From assembly GCA_000004985.1 (NCBI GenBank), contig GG739370.1: a stretch of DNA of 1,617 nt; one strand, written 5' to 3'. The notes beneath the pieces are model-generated. The model ran no database searches. It was not told the DNA's origin and saw nothing but the letters and a program-made list of their open reading frames with translations. The stretch is from Naegleria gruberi (Eukaryota). This document shows, in pieces, positions 1-1,617 of this stretch (its first letter is position 1; the number at the start of each line of letters is the position of its first letter). Position numbers and translations under genes: made by a program.

Positions 1-328
1 CGTTTTGGAAGATAGTCTTTGCTGTTTCAAACTTCTCATTGAATAACATATAAAATCCTTGAAATTTGTTAAAGTACACAGAATATTTCTTCAACTCATT
101 ACTGGATTCTCCTTCTTTTACATTGAAAACTCCCTTATTACCAAACATGGTGTTGAACACATTCTTAATGTATAGCTCTGTATTATTCATGTCTTTAGAT
201 TCCATTTTGAGAATTTCTTCAAACTTGTCCTCGTTTGTTGCTAAGTGTTGGAAAAAGTTCAACACGAAAAATTCCTTTGGTTTTTCCTTTCTTTCCTTTG
301 TCAAAATCTTCTTTGTATTCGAAACATA
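1..328 (-). other. C-terminal extension beyond the kinase domain, at least 109 aa, continuing past the window edge. No recognisable domain.
   Basis: Same reading frame as the kinase. The translation is YVSNTKKILTKERKEKPKEFFVLNFFQHLATNEDKFEEILKMESKDMNNTELYIKNVFNTMFGNKGVFNVKEGESSNELKKYSVYFNKFQGFYMLFNEKFETAKTIFQN... It starts Lys/Glu-rich and then becomes Phe/Asn-rich. No stop occurs before position 1. Confidence 0.6.
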
Positions 329-1234
329 AAAGTAAAATTGAGCAAGTATTTCCTCCATAATTGCAACAGAAGGAATCCTCTTTGCATGATTCTGAAAACA
401 GGACCACAAGTATGGGACCATATAGCTATTCCTCAATCTTTTCTGATACAAACCATCTGTTACAACTTGATTCTCTTCATCAGTTCCATATAAATGTATT
501 CTTAATTGGTGAGGTTGCAATAGACGAAACGTGGTTGTTAAATCACCAGTTATCATTTGATAAATAATAGCTCCCAACTCCCAAACATCATAAGTTTCAC
601 TATACAATTCAGGTGGAGAAGTAACTTGACCTCCAGACGACAAGTCAATATCACCATCACACATTTTTGGCGGACCACTGTGCATTCTCTCAAAATCTGC
701 CAAAACAATTTTGAGAATTCCCTTTTCCTTATCAAATTCCTCTACTAATAGGTTTGCAAGTGAAATATCTCGATGGATGATTTTCTTTGTTTCGAGGAAA
801 ACAAGAGTATTGGTCAGTTGATAGGCAACCATAAAGATCAGATCCGTTGGAAGACATGTCTCTTCACTGGCAGTCTCATTTTGCAAGACTAGTTGTTCTA
901 AATCACTGAAATATTTTGGCATTTCAATAATCAAGTATTTTTCATAAGGTATTACCTTGTTGATTTTTACAATATTTGGATGATTAATATCTTTTACAAT
1001 TTTAGCAGCTTCATATTCCTTTTCGAACTCTGCTAGTACTTCTGGATCGAGATTTTCAACCATTCGAATTACAACTTTCTCTTTGGAATTGAGGTCTTTA
1101 AGAATTTCAGCCTCAAAGAGAGTTATTTTTATGGTGTTTCTTTCGCCTCTATCAGTTAATTTCTTTGGGGAGGAATAACCCAAAGACTTGAGAAGCTTTG
1201 TCGCTTTGCATTCTTTGGTTTCACTTTCTAACAT
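1..1234 (-). CDS. Eukaryotic-type (Hanks/ePK-fold) protein kinase-like protein. 5' end complete (ATG 1234..1232). 3' end truncated by the window edge, with no stop codon before position 1. Divergent catalytic motifs, possibly a pseudokinase.
   Basis: Manual translation of the minus strand, with codon high-ends at 1234, 1231, ... down to 4..2. The frame holds 411 codons with no stop. An in-frame TAA lies upstream at 1261..1259, so ATG 1234..1232 is the first start. The product begins MLESETKECKATKLLKSLGYSSPKKLTDRGERNTIKITLFEAEILKDLNSKEKVVIRMVENLDPEVLAEFEKEYEAAKIVKDINHPNIVKINKVIPYEKYLIIEMPKYFSDLEQLVLQNETASEETCLPTDLIFMVAYQLTNTLVFLETKKIIHRDISLANLLVEEFDKEKGILKIVLADFERMHSGPPKMCDGDIDLSSGGQVTSPPELYSETYDVWELGAIIYQMITGDLTTTFRLLQPHQLRIHLYGTDEENQVVTDGLYQKRLRNSYMVPYLWSCFQNHAKRIPSVAIMEEILAQFYFYVSN... 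The kinase subdomain landmarks are in canonical order and spacing: HPNIV (982..968), HRDISLAN (775..752), DFE (697..689), SPPE (619..608), DVWELG (589..572), and KRIPSVAIMEEILAQFYF (382..329). A 411-codon open frame in roughly 30% GC DNA is very unlikely by chance. The supplied ORF track misses it, apparently because no stop lies inside the window. Confidence 0.85.
   Translation of the reverse strand, partial: MLESETKECKATKLLKSLGYSSPKKLTDRGERNTIKITLFEAEILKDLNSKEKVVIRMVENLDPEVLAEFEKEYEAAKIVKDINHPNIVKINKVIPYEKYLIIEMPKYFSDLEQLVLQNETASEETCLPTDLIFMVAYQLTNTLVFLETKKIIHRDISLANLLVEEFDKEKGILKIVLADFERMHSGPPKMCDGDIDLSSGGQVTSPPELYSETYDVWELGAIIYQMITGDLTTTFRLLQPHQLRIHLYGTDEENQVVTDGLYQKRLRNSYMVPYLWSCFQNHAKRIPSVAIMEEILAQFYFYVSNTKKILTKERKEKPKEFFVLNFFQHLATNEDKFEEILKMESKDMNNTELYIKNVFNTMFGNKGVFNVKEGESSNELKKYSVYFNKFQGFYMLFNEKFETAKTIFQN
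329..1190 (-). other. Protein kinase catalytic-domain region of the CDS above, roughly residues 15-302 of the window-encoded protein.
   Basis: The region runs from a degenerate Gly-loop-like LGYSSP (about 1183..1166) to the C-terminal KRIP...FYF motif of the kinase fold, ending at 331..329. The residues in between carry ePK subdomain landmarks III through XI: an alphaC-like EFEKEYEAAK, HPNIV, hinge LIIEM, HRD...N, DF(E), (P)PE, D.WELG, and the subdomain XI Arg in KRIP. Confidence 0.75.
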
Positions 1235-1309
1235 TTTTTCTAATAGCTTGTTAGAAACTTATTACAATCTACAAGTTTAAATAGGTTATTATTCATCTCT
1301 TAAAAGACG

Positions 1310-1318
1310 TTTATAAAA
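1310..1318 (-). promoter_or_regulatory. TATA-like element (TTTATAAAA, which reads TATAAA on both strands) about 76-85 bp upstream of the kinase ATG. The start codon sits in an A-rich context (AGAAAAAATGT).
   Basis: Plus-strand tttataaaa lies at 1310-1318, and the minus strand reads TATAAA at 1315..1310. The start context, read on the minus strand, is caagctattagaaaaaATGTTA, with A at -3 and A-rich -1..-6. This is typical of AT-rich eukaryotes such as yeasts and protists. I see no Shine-Dalgarno-like GGAGG. Confidence 0.3.
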
Positions 1319-1361
1319 TATCTCATATTTAAAAGTTTAGAGATTATTGTAAAAGTTATTC

Positions 1362-1583
1362 ATGTTTTCCAATTCTAATTCAAAACTGTCAAATTATTTT
1401 CATTTGAAATATTTTTGTAAACGTGATTTCTATCTCTTGATGTTTTGCACAAATCACGTTGTCGAGATAACAGAATTTCTTCTTCATCATAAATTGCTAT
1501 CAATTAATCCAGCATCAGAGTCTTTGATTGCTTCCAAAAAAAATAGTCTGGAAAAATTCTTCCACTTAAAAATAGACATTTAA
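1362..1583 (+). CDS. Hypothetical small ORF (73 aa), divergent from the kinase gene. Weak evidence; probably non-coding.
   Basis: From the supplied track: MFSNSNSKLSNYFHLKYFCKRDFYLLMFCTNHVVEITEFLLHHKLLSINPASESLIASKKNSLEKFFHLKIDI. GC rises locally to about 32% over 1441-1560, against about 20% in the adjacent flank. The TAA stop at 1581-1583 is followed by aaaaaataaaataaaaaaaa, which contains AATAAA. The protein has no recognisable motif and is partly low-complexity. It overlaps the inverted repeat. Confidence 0.15.
   Translation: MFSNSNSKLSNYFHLKYFCKRDFYLLMFCTNHVVEITEFLLHHKLLSINPASESLIASKKNSLEKFFHLKIDI
1420..1460. repeat. Perfect 10-bp inverted repeat, AACGTGATTT (1420-1429) and AAATCACGTT (1451-1460), separated by a 21-nt spacer. 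A candidate palindromic regulatory site or hairpin in the 5' flank of the kinase gene.
   Basis: Direct read: 1420-1429 is aacgtgattt, and the reverse complement of 1451-1460 (aaatcacgtt) is aacgtgattt. The match does not extend on either side. Each arm carries an ACGT/CACGT core of the bZIP/bHLH (E-box/G-box) type. The repeat lies about 190-225 bp upstream of the ATG at 1234. Confidence 0.55.
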
Positions 1584-1617
1584 TTAAAAAATAAAATAAA
1601 AAAAATGCAGCTAGCAC

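Noticed and set aside
200-330. An IRE1 or RNase L-type KEN ribonuclease domain following the (pseudo)kinase
   Set aside because: I see only a vague FFQ resemblance. The KEN hallmarks (HPFFW...VSDR, DLLRxxRNKxHHY, and the RFP motif) are absent from the visible 109 residues.
334-341. AAAATTGA on the plus strand, the mimivirus early-promoter octamer
   Set aside because: It lies inside the kinase coding region on the opposite strand. A single occurrence in AT-rich DNA is expected by chance. No such motif occurs in the real 5' flank (1235-1400).
392-398. TTTTCAG, a nematode-like 3' splice acceptor on the minus strand. A second TTTCAG occurs at about 905-911.
   Set aside because: Both sit inside continuous, correctly spaced kinase-domain homology (..LWSCFQNHAKRIP.. 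and ..PKYFSDLEQL..). Splicing there would break the fold. I treat them as coincidental in T-rich coding sequence.
66-748. Track ORFs 66..329(+), 245..493(+), 361..567(+), 557..748(+), 219..407(-), 553..735(-)
   Set aside because: All lie inside the 411-codon kinase frame, on the opposite strand or out of frame. Their translations are low-complexity with no motifs. They are shadow ORFs, as expected opposite a long AT-rich coding frame.
1-1234. Ciliate or other alternative genetic code, as an explanation for the long ORF being absent from the track
   Set aside because: Manual translation shows no TAA, TAG or TGA in frame, and Gln is encoded by CAA. The omission is explained by the ORF lacking a stop inside the window.
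1488-1579. A 30-aa minus-strand ORF (MSIFKWKNFSRLFFLEAIKDSDAGLIDSNL) as an upstream ORF or small gene
   Set aside because: It is too short, is a different transcription unit orientation-wise only by chance, and has no supporting signal. All three minus frames entering from the right edge hit stops within 35 nt, so no upstream gene reads through either.
1-1617. A bacterial Hanks-type kinase or a phage or defence-system kinase
   Set aside because: The motifs are strongly eukaryote-like (HPNIV, DVWELGAIIYQMITG). There is no ribosome-binding site. The gene has a long non-coding 5' flank with a TATA element, and no neighbouring operon genes are visible. A eukaryote-like effector in an AT-rich bacterium cannot be excluded from sequence alone.

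Overview
AT-rich, eukaryote-like DNA (coding about 35% GC, flank about 20-25% GC, standard genetic code). One gene dominates the window: an uninterrupted 411-codon reading frame on the minus strand. It starts at ATG 1234..1232, with an in-frame TAA immediately upstream at 1261..1259. It runs off the left edge at position 1 with no stop, which is presumably why the supplied ORF track omits it. It encodes a clear eukaryotic protein-kinase (ePK) fold, from HPNIV to HRD...N to DF(E) to (P)PE to DVWELG to KRIPS...F, followed by at least 110 further residues with no motif I recognise. The catalytic motifs are unusual. DFG is DFE, the catalytic loop is HRDISLAN with no Lys or Arg, and the Gly-rich loop is degenerate (LGYSSP). 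This may be a pseudokinase or an atypically wired kinase. The 380-bp 5' flank (1235-1617) holds a TATA-like element, an A-rich start-codon context, and a perfect 10-bp inverted repeat with an ACGT core. A weak 73-aa plus-strand ORF, followed by AATAAA, also lies in the 5' flank. All other ORFs in the track are out-of-frame or antisense shadows of the kinase gene. I see no prokaryotic defence-system architecture, CRISPR array, RNA gene or mobile element.
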